This document shows, piece after piece, positions 34,549-44,071 of a DNA stretch of 62,560 nt (position 1 is the first letter of the stretch; each line of letters begins with the position of its first letter). The position numbers and the translations under genes are program-made. This DNA comes from Patescibacteria group bacterium (GTDB lineage Bacteria; Patescibacteriota; Patescibacteriia; JAHIZJ01), in NCBI GenBank assembly GCA_018814765.1, contig JAHIZJ010000085.1, positions 1 through 62,560 on the forward strand. The letters run 5' to 3'. Under the pieces are notes generated by a model. It searched no databases. It saw only the letters and a program-made list of their open reading frames with translations, and was not told the origin of the DNA.

Positions 34549-35463
34549 ATGTTGGATCTAATTATAATCGGTGGCTCTGCTACCGGAACCGCAGCAGCAG
34601 TTTATGCCTCAAGGGCTCAAATAAACTTTAAGGTCATCGCTAAAGATTTAGGTGGCGAAGTTGCAAATTCTGGTGAAGTAGGTAATTATCCGGGCTTTAA
34701 TGAAACTAATGGCATAGAGCTATCACAGAAATTTAATGACCAACTTAAATATAACAAGGTTGAGCCTGAAGTTGGCGTAGAAGTCGAAAACATTACTAAA
34801 GAAGGAGGCGTTTTTAAAGTTCAAGCCAAGGAAGGAAAAAGCTACGAAGCCAAAACTATTATTCTAGCAACCGGGGTTCGTCCACGACACTTAAAAGTAC
34901 CGGGCGAAGAAGAGCTCTATCAAAAGGGATTGTCATATTGCTCTACTTGTGATGGCCCTCTTTTTAAAAATAAGATTGTAACAACGATAGGTGGCGGTAA
35001 TGCCGCACTTGAATCAATACTTATGATGTCCGGACTGGCCGAAAAGGTTTATGCCATCAACAAAAATCCGGAGTTTCAGGGTGAACAAGTTTATATCAAA
35101 AAACTTGAGACACTTGATAATGTCGAATTAATCTACAATGCATCAACAACTAAAATATTGGGTGATCAGGTGGTTAGTGGAGTGGAGTACAAAGCCACCA
35201 GCTCGGGCGAAACAAAGACAATAGAAACGAATGGTGTATTCGTTCATGTCGGGATTATACCTAATACTGAGATGGTCAAAGACTTAAACGTATTAGACAA
35301 AGGTGGCTTTGTTGAAGTAAACAATCTGATGGAGACGAAACTATCCGGCTTTTTTGCTGCCGGGGATGTGGTAAATCTGCCCTACAATCAGATAGCGATT
35401 TCTACAGGACAGGGTGTAACAGCTTTTCTGACAGTACAAAGCTATTTGAATAAGTTGGGGTAA
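34549..35463 (+). CDS. trxB: Thioredoxin reductase-like FAD/NAD(P) oxidoreductase
   Basis: N-terminal dinucleotide fold (LIIIGGSATGTAAAVYA), redox-active CSTCDG, a second GGGNAALE fold and a C-terminal FAAGDV. Confidence 0.8.
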   Translation: MLDLIIIGGSATGTAAAVYASRAQINFKVIAKDLGGEVANSGEVGNYPGFNETNGIELSQKFNDQLKYNKVEPEVGVEVENITKEGGVFKVQAKEGKSYEAKTIILATGVRPRHLKVPGEEELYQKGLSYCSTCDGPLFKNKIVTTIGGGNAALESILMMSGLAEKVYAINKNPEFQGEQVYIKKLETLDNVELIYNASTTKILGDQVVSGVEYKATSSGETKTIETNGVFVHVGIIPNTEMVKDLNVLDKGGFVEVNNLMETKLSGFFAAGDVVNLPYNQIAISTGQGVTAFLTVQSYLNKLG

Positions 35464-35488
35464 AGGGATCATAACACTTCATTAAATA

Positions 35489-35579
35489 AAAACAGCGCAC
35501 CTTTTTCCCGCCACGTTATTTTTCAAAATTAAGGAAGGCGGGACCCCGCCGAATGGCGGTGGCGAAGGTGCGCTGTTTT
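35489..35579. other. 91-nt three-helix structured element closed by a perfect 15-bp stem
   Basis: AAAACAGCGCACCTT (35489-35503) / AAGGTGCGCTGTTTT (35565-35579) enclose TCCCGCC (35506-12) / GGCGGGA (35537-43) and CCGCC-gaat-GGCGG (35546-59). Confidence 0.75.
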
Positions 35580-35681
35580 AAGCACCCCATAACAGAGCAC
35601 ACTTTCTAGTGTGCGATGTGATGTCAGGGTATATTAATATTTGCGGTAATCGCTGAAAAGTGTTAGAATAAATCAGATTAT

Positions 35682-37625
35682 ATGAAAAAGACTATACTAA
35701 AAAGCTTAATATTTATTAGTGCAGTTGGATTGTTTTTTTTGTGGCCTAGTATTGGTCAAGCTAAATCATGGGAAATAACCAGCTGGGATTCACAGATAAG
35801 GGTAAAGGAGGATGGTAGCTTTAGTGTAAGGGAAACTCGGACTTTCGATTTTGAAGGTTCTTTTTCATGGGTAGAAACAGAGGTATATAAAGATCGTGTT
35901 GATGATATTGTGGATTTTAAGGTATACGATGAGTTGAACCAAGAGTTGTTTTCTCCAGACGTAGTTATCACAGATGGTTATAGCTCTGTTCATGCACTAT
36001 TAAACATTTCTGCAACTGATGAACAAAAAACCTGGATATTTGAGTATAAGGTGCTAGGGGGCATTGGTTTTTTTGAAGAACATGATGAACTATACTGGAA
36101 TGTTTTGGCTCAGGATAGAGATGTGCGAGTCGATTTAGTTACGGCTACCGTTTATCTGCCACGAGAAGTAAGAAATTTATCTGAATACGCTCAGACCATT
36201 TATTTAGGACCTTCTGGTTCTACTGAACAATCTGACAATTACGAATTTACAAACAATAGGACAATTGGATTTTGGGGTCAGTCAATTGAGGCTTACGAAG
36301 GCTTTACGATAGTAGCCAGCTGGCCAAAAAAGATTATTGAAGACCCCGGCACTATTAGGATCGAAGCTACAGTTGACTCAAAGTCATTTGAAGGAGCTAA
36401 GATAATTATTGATGGAGAAGAAACAGCCTATACCACGCCTTATGCTTTTCAAATAGGTGACCCATCTAATACAGAAGAAACCTATAACTTTTTAGTGCAG
36501 AAATTTGGTTATGAAACTGAAGCCCAAGAAATAACCATCAGAAAAGGTGAGACTAGTGTATACGTCTTTAATATGATTGAAACATGGTGGCATAAGGCTT
36601 GGGCAATAATTCTGGGAGTTCTTAGTGTGGTGGTGTGGTTACTGCCCTTTTTTGCTTTCTACAAATATTATCATAGATGGAAAATTTATGGCCAAGACCC
36701 AAAGCAAAGAGGTACGGTTGTCGCTCAGTATGAACCGTATAAGGACATCCGTCCGAGTGAAATGGGTGCCATGATGGATGAGAGAGTACAGCTCAAAGAT
36801 ATTACTCCTATGATTGTTGATTTTGCTGTGCGCGGTTTCCTGATAATCAAGGAGGTAAAAAGAGCAATAAGGAAGAAGGACTTTAAGTTAGTTAGAACAA
36901 ATAAATGTCCAAGCGGATTTAGTGAGTGTGAACGGCTGATGTTTGATGGGCTGTTTGGAAGCAAGCAGGAAGTTAAACTTTCTTCTCTGAAAAATAAGTT
37001 TTATAAAAAGATACCCGATATTACTGACTCGCTATATCAAGCAATAGTAAAAAAGGGATACTATCAAGAATCTCCCAAGGATGTCCGTAAGAGATATATA
37101 GCCCTACCGATTGTAATATTTGGGGTGGCTGTTATCTTAACGGTTTTTCTTACCCCTATTAGTCCGCAAGTCGGCTTACTCTTCCCGCCATTTATCTTTA
37201 TTGGAATTATTGGAATAATGTTTTCAATAATTATGCCAAAAGCCACAGTCATTGGAGCCGAAGCCAAGTGGTGGACCAAAGGTTTTAAACTATATCTGTC
37301 AAAAGCTGAAAGGTTTAGGCTTGAACGCATGACGCCTGAGACATTTGAAAAATATTTACCCTATGCCATAGTACTGGGTGTAGAGAAAAAATGGGCTAGT
37401 CGTTTTAAAGACATCTATAAAGAACAGCCCCAATGGTACCAATCAGCCACACCTATGAGAACATTTGCTCTAGCCAGCTTTACACGCCAACTATCGAGCT
37501 TTAATACTAATATGGGAGGCTCAATTAGCTCCTCACCAAAATCTGCTGGAGGCTCCTCAACGTCGGGTTTTTCGGGTGGTTTCTCTGGTGGAGGTGGTGG
37601 TGGGGGTAGTGTTAGTGCGGGATAA
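35682..37625 (+). CDS. DUF2207-family membrane protein
   Basis: Signal peptide, an N-terminal extracellular domain beginning W.I.SWDSQIRVKEDGSFSVRE, central TM segments, and a C-terminal Gly-rich tail GFSGGFSGGGGGGGS typical of DUF2207. Confidence 0.7.
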   Translation: MKKTILKSLIFISAVGLFFLWPSIGQAKSWEITSWDSQIRVKEDGSFSVRETRTFDFEGSFSWVETEVYKDRVDDIVDFKVYDELNQELFSPDVVITDGYSSVHALLNISATDEQKTWIFEYKVLGGIGFFEEHDELYWNVLAQDRDVRVDLVTATVYLPREVRNLSEYAQTIYLGPSGSTEQSDNYEFTNNRTIGFWGQSIEAYEGFTIVASWPKKIIEDPGTIRIEATVDSKSFEGAKIIIDGEETAYTTPYAFQIGDPSNTEETYNFLVQKFGYETEAQEITIRKGETSVYVFNMIETWWHKAWAIILGVLSVVVWLLPFFAFYKYYHRWKIYGQDPKQRGTVVAQYEPYKDIRPSEMGAMMDERVQLKDITPMIVDFAVRGFLIIKEVKRAIRKKDFKLVRTNKCPSGFSECERLMFDGLFGSKQEVKLSSLKNKFYKKIPDITDSLYQAIVKKGYYQESPKDVRKRYIALPIVIFGVAVILTVFLTPISPQVGLLFPPFIFIGIIGIMFSIIMPKATVIGAEAKWWTKGFKLYLSKAERFRLERMTPETFEKYLPYAIVLGVEKKWASRFKDIYKEQPQWYQSATPMRTFALASFTRQLSSFNTNMGGSISSSPKSAGGSSTSGFSGGFSGGGGGGGSVSAG

Positions 37626-37784
37626 AGTATAATTCAAAATTATGAATTTAAAATTGATAATAAGGATGGAGATTAGTTGATTATCAAGCTTGAATCGAGT
37701 ATAGCAAGATGATCTGACAAAGCTGGAGTTGGTTGGCAAGTTAATCATTTTACATTTTACATTAATATTTAATCGTAATTTCCT

Positions 37785-40052
37785 ATGAGCAAAAAAATTA
37801 CGTTAGTAGTTGTTGGTATAGTCGTGGTTATTTTTGTTGCGGCTTTTTTACTCGTTGGTCATCAGGTACCATTTACAAACGCCGTAGTAACAGTACCCTT
37901 GCTTGAGAAAAGCCCCGACAGGGTCCTTTCGTTGAGTAAGGACATGATAGCTGAAATAAACTCAGCTAGTACGGAGATTGATATATCGTTTGATGTAAGA
38001 CAGATTGGTGAAAGTGTCTTTGATACCTTAAGCTCGGAAAGTATTTCCGGTGATATTAACGTTCAGGCGGATACTGACATGGCTACAAATAACACCCAGG
38101 GTGAAGTATTGGTTACGCTTGATCTGGAAGGCGTGTCAGTCAGCGCTGAACTAGAAATGAAATCCATAGATCAAGTGAATTATATTAAGATTAATTCTCT
38201 ACCTGATATACCCGGTTTAAGTGATTATCTCAGTCTAATTGATATATCATTAGATGATTATCTGGATACGTGGTTTAGTTTTGACCAGGCTGGTATAGAG
38301 GACGCAACGTCGGATTTACTTAGCGGTTTCGGAGATCTGGGGCTGGATGAAATGGTCAACAATAACATTAATAGCGCCACAGAAGAAATTAATCAAGAAG
38401 AACTAACCCAGAAAATACTTGATTTAACAAAGGATAGTAGATTTTATTCTTTTGGAAAAAGATTACCTGATGAGTTTGCGGGAGGTGTAAAATGCTATCG
38501 CTACGAACTGCAGTTTAACAGTGAAGAGTTTGGAACCTATATCGAAGAGTTATTTGACCTGACTAGTGACATGTCTTTAGGAGGATTATCGATAACTAGT
38601 ATTCAACCGGCAGATGAGATATCCGAGAGTATAGCCGATCAGTTAGATAATCTTTCTGGAACAATATGGGTTGGTAAAAAAGATTTCTATCCCCGTCAGG
38701 TTACAATTGATTATGACATGTCGGGTCAAGATGAATATAGCGGGAATGTCACAGTCAATGTGGAATTAAGTACTATAAATGAAGAGGTGAGTATTGAAGC
38801 CCCCGACCAGGCTACAAGCTTAATTGATTTGTTGTCAGATCTGATGAGTGCATTTTTCTATACTGATGAGTCCATAAATATGTCAGAATGTACCTGGACA
38901 GATCCGTATTTTTGTACAATAAATAGTTGGCAGTATGTTTTATCTGGTGTCCCAGGCGCTGATGGATCAGCCGGAACGGTTTCTCGTGAAGATTATGTCT
39001 ATGAGGGTCACTATGCCGGTTATGTAAATGACATTAGTGCCACTAGCAGTAATGCTATTATGCAGTTGGTTGAGGTGAACCCGGATAGTACATATACATT
39101 TTCTGGTAAGTATAAGAAAATTGATGGTGATCAGTTTCAACTATTTGTTAAATATTATGATGAGGATTTTACTCTCTCAAGTAATAATTCGAAGGATATA
39201 GAGATGACAGACACTGAATGGCAAGACTTTACTTATAGTACAAACTCTGATGAAACAGCTATGTATGCAATGGTGATTATATATTCTTCTGGGGAAAACC
39301 AGGTTGAGCTGGCAGTCGATAATCCAAAGTTGGTATTGGAAAATTCCGATGATAACCTGTTGTCCGTACCTGGATTTGAATTAGAATGGGGTGATACAAT
39401 GGGCGGTGAAGATTTAGATACGGATGGAGACGGACTAACTAATTACCTAGAAGATTTGTATGGTACAAATAAGACAAAGATTGACACTGACGGTGATACC
39501 TACAGTGACCTGGTAGAAATTGAGGGTGGCTATAATCCACTTGGGGAGGGTAAAATGACGGAGGAGCAGCTTGAGATTACAGAAGAATTATTACAGGCAG
39601 CTTTAGATGAAGAATCGGAATTGCTAAATAGTCCCGAAAGCAGAGATATGACAAGAAAGGCTGACTTGAGAACAATGCAATCCGCCGTTGAGCTCTACGT
39701 AAATGAAAATGGTAGTGTACCATTGAATGATAGTGATCCAAGCTGGGATGAACTTTTTGTGTATTTAAATGACTTTTTTGCTAGTAATAAGTTGATAATA
39801 CCACCGGGATTGTCAGACTGTAATGAATCAGAAGGAGACGTGTTGGGTAATTGCTATGTTTATTGTGAGAATGGTGAAGACTATTTATTAAAAACTAACT
39901 TAGAAAACGCGGATGATATATCAGGAGATTTAGACGGCCAAGAGGTTAGTTATGATAACGAAACTGATTGTGTTACTAGTAGCGACGGTTCATTTGATAC
40001 ATTGCCAAGCATATCATGTGATGACCCCGCTTTTTGTCTAGGAACACTATAA
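37785..40052 (+). CDS. Large N-terminally anchored surface protein with Ca-binding-type Asp repeats and C-terminal pilin-like domain
   Basis: N-terminal TM segment. DTDGDGLTNY...DTDGDTYSDLVEIEGGYNPLG lies at about nt 39412-39550. The C-terminal SRDMTRKADLRTMQSAVELYVNENGSVP...YLLKTNLEN resembles the post-helix part of CPR type IV pilins. Confidence 0.65.
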   Translation: MSKKITLVVVGIVVVIFVAAFLLVGHQVPFTNAVVTVPLLEKSPDRVLSLSKDMIAEINSASTEIDISFDVRQIGESVFDTLSSESISGDINVQADTDMATNNTQGEVLVTLDLEGVSVSAELEMKSIDQVNYIKINSLPDIPGLSDYLSLIDISLDDYLDTWFSFDQAGIEDATSDLLSGFGDLGLDEMVNNNINSATEEINQEELTQKILDLTKDSRFYSFGKRLPDEFAGGVKCYRYELQFNSEEFGTYIEELFDLTSDMSLGGLSITSIQPADEISESIADQLDNLSGTIWVGKKDFYPRQVTIDYDMSGQDEYSGNVTVNVELSTINEEVSIEAPDQATSLIDLLSDLMSAFFYTDESINMSECTWTDPYFCTINSWQYVLSGVPGADGSAGTVSREDYVYEGHYAGYVNDISATSSNAIMQLVEVNPDSTYTFSGKYKKIDGDQFQLFVKYYDEDFTLSSNNSKDIEMTDTEWQDFTYSTNSDETAMYAMVIIYSSGENQVELAVDNPKLVLENSDDNLLSVPGFELEWGDTMGGEDLDTDGDGLTNYLEDLYGTNKTKIDTDGDTYSDLVEIEGGYNPLGEGKMTEEQLEITEELLQAALDEESELLNSPESRDMTRKADLRTMQSAVELYVNENGSVPLNDSDPSWDELFVYLNDFFASNKLIIPPGLSDCNESEGDVLGNCYVYCENGEDYLLKTNLENADDISGDLDGQEVSYDNETDCVTSSDGSFDTLPSISCDDPAFCLGTL

Positions 40053-40070
40053 AAATTCTTAAGGTATAGT

Positions 40071-40910
40071 ATGAAATCAAAAAAATCGCTATTCATTATA
40101 CTTAGTATTATGGTTGTTGTATGGCTGGTAGCTGTGTCATATCTTCTGATAGCTAATAATAGTACTGATACAGACGAAGTAGCTGAAAGTGCTAATCAGA
40201 AAGAGGAGGTAAATGAAAGCATAAACACCAATTCCAACGATGAAACGCCCGCTGGTACGCTAAAGCTAACGCGAAGCAGGTTTGCTGTTGGAGAAAAAAT
40301 AGAATTTACGATAGACAATATTGAAGTGAATTACTGTTCAAATGTATTGCCATATCGAATTACAGACAGTCAGGGAGATGTGCTAAATATCCGACACTCC
40401 TGTGCTGGATTGGCTGGGTATGGGATAGATCAATATTGTGAAGACGGTCAGGTGGTTATTCAGCAAACCGATGACATATGTTCAGACCACATATCCTGTG
40501 AATCACAAAATGTATCAGGCGTATTTACTTGGGATCAAAAAACATATCAAGCAGTATCTGATGTTTGTGGCGATCAGCAAATTTCACGTGAAGAAGCAAT
40601 ACAAGCAGGGGCTGGTATATATCACATACTTATTACTGACACGGACGAAAAAGTGTATAATGAAACATTCACCATATCTGGTAGTCAGGTAGTAACTGAG
40701 TGCAGTGAAAATTCTGAATGTAATACCGGTGGCTGTTCGGGGGAAGTCTGTGGAGTAAAAGGATTGGTAGAAACAATTTCTTCTCCTTGTGTGGCTCGGC
40801 CCTATTATCAATGTTATAGTCTCACTTCATGTGGGTGTATCAACGGCCAATGTAAATGGGAAAGCAACGATAATTTTGATAAATGTTTTGAGGAAAAAAT
40901 GAATGAGTAA
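40071..40910 (+). CDS. N-terminally anchored Cys-rich exoprotein
   Basis: N-terminal TM segment. 16 Cys residues, including a C-terminal cluster CSENSECNTGGCSGEVCG...CVARPYYQCYSLTSCGCINGQCKW. Confidence 0.6.
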   Translation: MKSKKSLFIILSIMVVVWLVAVSYLLIANNSTDTDEVAESANQKEEVNESINTNSNDETPAGTLKLTRSRFAVGEKIEFTIDNIEVNYCSNVLPYRITDSQGDVLNIRHSCAGLAGYGIDQYCEDGQVVIQQTDDICSDHISCESQNVSGVFTWDQKTYQAVSDVCGDQQISREEAIQAGAGIYHILITDTDEKVYNETFTISGSQVVTECSENSECNTGGCSGEVCGVKGLVETISSPCVARPYYQCYSLTSCGCINGQCKWESNDNFDKCFEEKMNE

Positions 40911-41499
40911 ATTAATACATTTAAAAAAGAAAAAATTTGCAGTAGGCAGCAAAATAGAAGTTATATTTTTTTCCTTAGTGGCTATAGCTTTTATACTGGC
41001 GATGGTGTTAGCCTTATTAAATTATGACACGGAGCCGTCTTCAGCTGATCAACCAGCAAGTATCGTAACAACAAATATGAGACAGGCGAACGTTAATGTG
41101 TCGACAGAAAAAGACTATCAGACTGAGATACTAGAGCTACAGTCAGAATATTTATCAGACAATCCTATCATTAGCGACGATGTCTTTACAGGTGAAAATG
41201 AAGTAGCTTTGTATAAGCAAAGACAGGTTGTGCTTAATAAGACTCATCAAAAAGTTCTTAATCTCTCTGTACCAAAAGAGTATCAATCATTGCATTTAAG
41301 TATTGCCCAAATATATTCTCAGCTATCTGCCATCACTGATAGCATGATAGAGTCGCTAAAATACCAGAACGGTTTAGACGGGTATAGCTTAGATGAAGCA
41401 AAAGCTATAGAATATAGATTAGCTGCTGAGGAACAGACGGTAGCGACCGATCTTAGGATTGAGAGTCTGGTGAGTGAGTATAGTTGGTTAAAGTTTTAA
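40903..41499 (+). CDS. N-terminally anchored hypothetical protein
   Basis: The ATG overlaps the upstream stop by 8 nt. One TM segment followed by a helical domain. Confidence 0.6.
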   Translation: MSKLIHLKKKKFAVGSKIEVIFFSLVAIAFILAMVLALLNYDTEPSSADQPASIVTTNMRQANVNVSTEKDYQTEILELQSEYLSDNPIISDDVFTGENEVALYKQRQVVLNKTHQKVLNLSVPKEYQSLHLSIAQIYSQLSAITDSMIESLKYQNGLDGYSLDEAKAIEYRLAAEEQTVATDLRIESLVSEYSWLKF

Positions 41500-41504
41500 T
41501 AAGT

Positions 41505-42572
41505 ATGAAAAAGAGTCTATTCATTCTAATGTTGTCACTTGTATGTTTGGGGGGTCTGGTTTATTGGTGGCAAACTGATACTCAGCAGGCAGATAGAGAA
41601 GTTAAAGGCAGAGTAACAAAACCTTCCGATGAAGCGCACATTGTATCAGACTGGGAGAGGCCTTTTATTACCGATAGAAATGATTCTTGGAAAATTATGT
41701 CTTATGAGACAACAGCAGAGCAGGTCAATGAGCTGATACCAGGTGAAGACAAACAGCTTTTACCTGTGCTAATTGATAATGATGAACTAATATATTTCAC
41801 TGCCACAGAAGGTTTTTATAAGCTCTGGAGGTACTCTTTACTAGAAAAAAGTAACATCTTCGTTATTGGAATTAGACAGGCACCAATTGAGCTAGAGGTA
41901 GCGGCCAATGGAAGATTTGCGGTATACACAGTTTTGGATACTTCCAGATCTAACCTCGGGAATCGTTGTTTCCTCGTAAACTTAGAAACTAGGCAAATCA
42001 AAGAAATTGGTTCAGGTATTCGAGACATTGAAATATCACCAGACAATAGACATATTGCGTATACAATGGACCATGGTCTGTACTTTATTGAAGTACTTCA
42101 TTCAAAAGATCCGACTAGTCCAATTATGATTCAGGAAGGAGACATAGAAGCACCGGTATTTTCAAAGTCGGGAGAGAGGATATATTTTATTAAACAATTA
42201 GACGACGTTGCATCCATAGTCAGTACGGACTTGCGTGGTGCTGAAGATAAAGAAATATTAGCTTTAGAGGTATCGGGCGGAAACGCCGAATGGACAATGG
42301 AGCTCTCACAAGATGGTGAAAAATTATTATATACTGATATTATTGACAGTGAAGCCCTTAGGGGAAACATAGGTTGGATACGGACTGATGGCACTGATCA
42401 ACATTATTATGTTAACCAGGGTATATCTGCTCACTGGTCAAAAACAGGCCATGAGATATGGTACAATCGGCTGGAGATAAAAAACGGGCAAGTCAGCAGG
42501 CAAATTTGGAAGATGAATGATCAGGGGAACTATAGAGAAGCAGTTACTCAAGAGGGTAATAATTGGTTTTAG
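41505..42572 (+). CDS. N-terminally anchored beta-propeller (TolB/PD40-like) protein
   Basis: Repeated ...SPDN/G..IAYT... strands (ISPDNRHIAYTMDHGLYFIE; FSKSGERIYFI; LSQDGEKLLYT). I prefer the ATG at 41505 over the TTG at 41484. Confidence 0.6.
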   Translation: MKKSLFILMLSLVCLGGLVYWWQTDTQQADREVKGRVTKPSDEAHIVSDWERPFITDRNDSWKIMSYETTAEQVNELIPGEDKQLLPVLIDNDELIYFTATEGFYKLWRYSLLEKSNIFVIGIRQAPIELEVAANGRFAVYTVLDTSRSNLGNRCFLVNLETRQIKEIGSGIRDIEISPDNRHIAYTMDHGLYFIEVLHSKDPTSPIMIQEGDIEAPVFSKSGERIYFIKQLDDVASIVSTDLRGAEDKEILALEVSGGNAEWTMELSQDGEKLLYTDIIDSEALRGNIGWIRTDGTDQHYYVNQGISAHWSKTGHEIWYNRLEIKNGQVSRQIWKMNDQGNYREAVTQEGNNWF

Positions 42573-42590
42573 TGCGTAAAATAAAAACGT

Positions 42591-43310
42591 ATGGCTCGGA
42601 TAGAAAATAATCCGACTGATAAAAAGGTAGAACCAAGAAAAGACAAGAGGCGTTGGTGGGGTCGTTTTTTTAAAAATGGTATTGTCCCAAATAATTGTCT
42701 GGGGCGGATACTTTTATCTCTGGTGATTGTCATATGCTTACTTTTGTCCTTTGTGGCCTATTTGGGAATAGTTGACATACCGGTATTCTCAGATCTGTTC
42801 TTTCGTCCAATCCAACCAATTAGAATAGTCGAAATATCTCCGGATAAAATAAATACCATCGGATTAGACATTACACAAAAGATGGTAATGTATGCTCAGA
42901 GGCCTGATTCAGAATTATCTATTGGTGAAGAAGAGTTAACAGCACTAATACGCAAAGCCCTGGATAGTAATCCTGAATTATCTTTTAGAAACGTACAGGC
43001 AGTTGTCGAGCATGAAGGGATTGAATTGTTTGGTGAAGTATTACTTGGGGATCACCCATATCATTTCACTATTATAGCAATGCCGTTTATAAACCAGGGT
43101 GATGTTGATATAGAAATCAAAAAAGCCAACCTGGAGCATTTACCCATATCAGCTTCGTTAGTTGATGCTTTGCTTGGACAGATGCTGAAAAAACCATTAG
43201 ATAATTTAAACGAAAACATGATAAACTATTTCAATATAACTCAACTAAAGCCCCAGAGAAAAAATGTACTATTAAAGGGGCAAGTATTAAACACTCAATT
43301 GCCTTTCTAA
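42591..43310 (+). CDS. N-terminally anchored hypothetical protein
   Basis: Basic N-terminus, one TM segment, then a globular domain. No family recognised. Confidence 0.6.
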   Translation: MARIENNPTDKKVEPRKDKRRWWGRFFKNGIVPNNCLGRILLSLVIVICLLLSFVAYLGIVDIPVFSDLFFRPIQPIRIVEISPDKINTIGLDITQKMVMYAQRPDSELSIGEEELTALIRKALDSNPELSFRNVQAVVEHEGIELFGEVLLGDHPYHFTIIAMPFINQGDVDIEIKKANLEHLPISASLVDALLGQMLKKPLDNLNENMINYFNITQLKPQRKNVLLKGQVLNTQLPF

Positions 43311-43314
43311 ATTC

Positions 43315-44070
43315 ATGCTGAGAAGAACAGTTCCAACGTTATCAACTTTATTGTTTGGGTTATTGTATGAAGCACTATTAAGATACCCTTCGAGCGTAAT
43401 ATATTTCTGGGGCGGATTAATATTACTGATAATCCTTTCATTGTTGGCTATATCAAAAATGAAGCCTTGGTCAACCAGGATTATTATAGCTATCAGCGCT
43501 ATATTGTTTCATACGGGGGCTTATTATTTTATATTCTTTATTTCAGGCCAGGCGATTAAACAGACGATAATCATCCTAGCCTTGATTATTAACATAATAT
43601 TTTTAACTCATATTTACTACTATTATTACCGTACAGAAAGGTATCAAGTTAATGCACTCCAAAATATTTCCAGCTACATGAACCTTTTATCGGTATTTAC
43701 ATTAGTAAGTGTATGTTACGGACTAATATTGTATTTAGCCTGGCCCGGGTGGCTACTCAGCATATTTGTCTTTATTATTATTGCGCTCTTAACATTTCAA
43801 ACTAGTTGGGCTAGTAAGGTGCTATTTAGAAGAGCTTCTCGTTTTGGAATAATCTGTGGCTTAATAGGTGCAGAAATATTTTGGGCGGTGTATTTTTTAC
43901 CTTCCAGTTTTTTAGTGAATGCCATGATATTAACCGTTGCTTATTACGTCATCCTAAATCTAGGTAGATATTATTTACAGGATCAGCTAAAAAAAATTGT
44001 TATTATGCGCTATTTGTTTATTGGCTTTGCTGTGCTATTATTAACAGTAGTTTCAGCAAGATGGACATAA
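43315..44070 (+). CDS. Hypothetical polytopic membrane protein (about 7 TM)
   Basis: Hydrophobic throughout. No family recognised. Confidence 0.6.
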   Translation: MLRRTVPTLSTLLFGLLYEALLRYPSSVIYFWGGLILLIILSLLAISKMKPWSTRIIIAISAILFHTGAYYFIFFISGQAIKQTIIILALIINIIFLTHIYYYYYRTERYQVNALQNISSYMNLLSVFTLVSVCYGLILYLAWPGWLLSIFVFIIIALLTFQTSWASKVLFRRASRFGIICGLIGAEIFWAVYFLPSSFLVNAMILTVAYYVILNLGRYYLQDQLKKIVIMRYLFIGFAVLLLTVVSARWT

Positions 44071-44071
44071 T

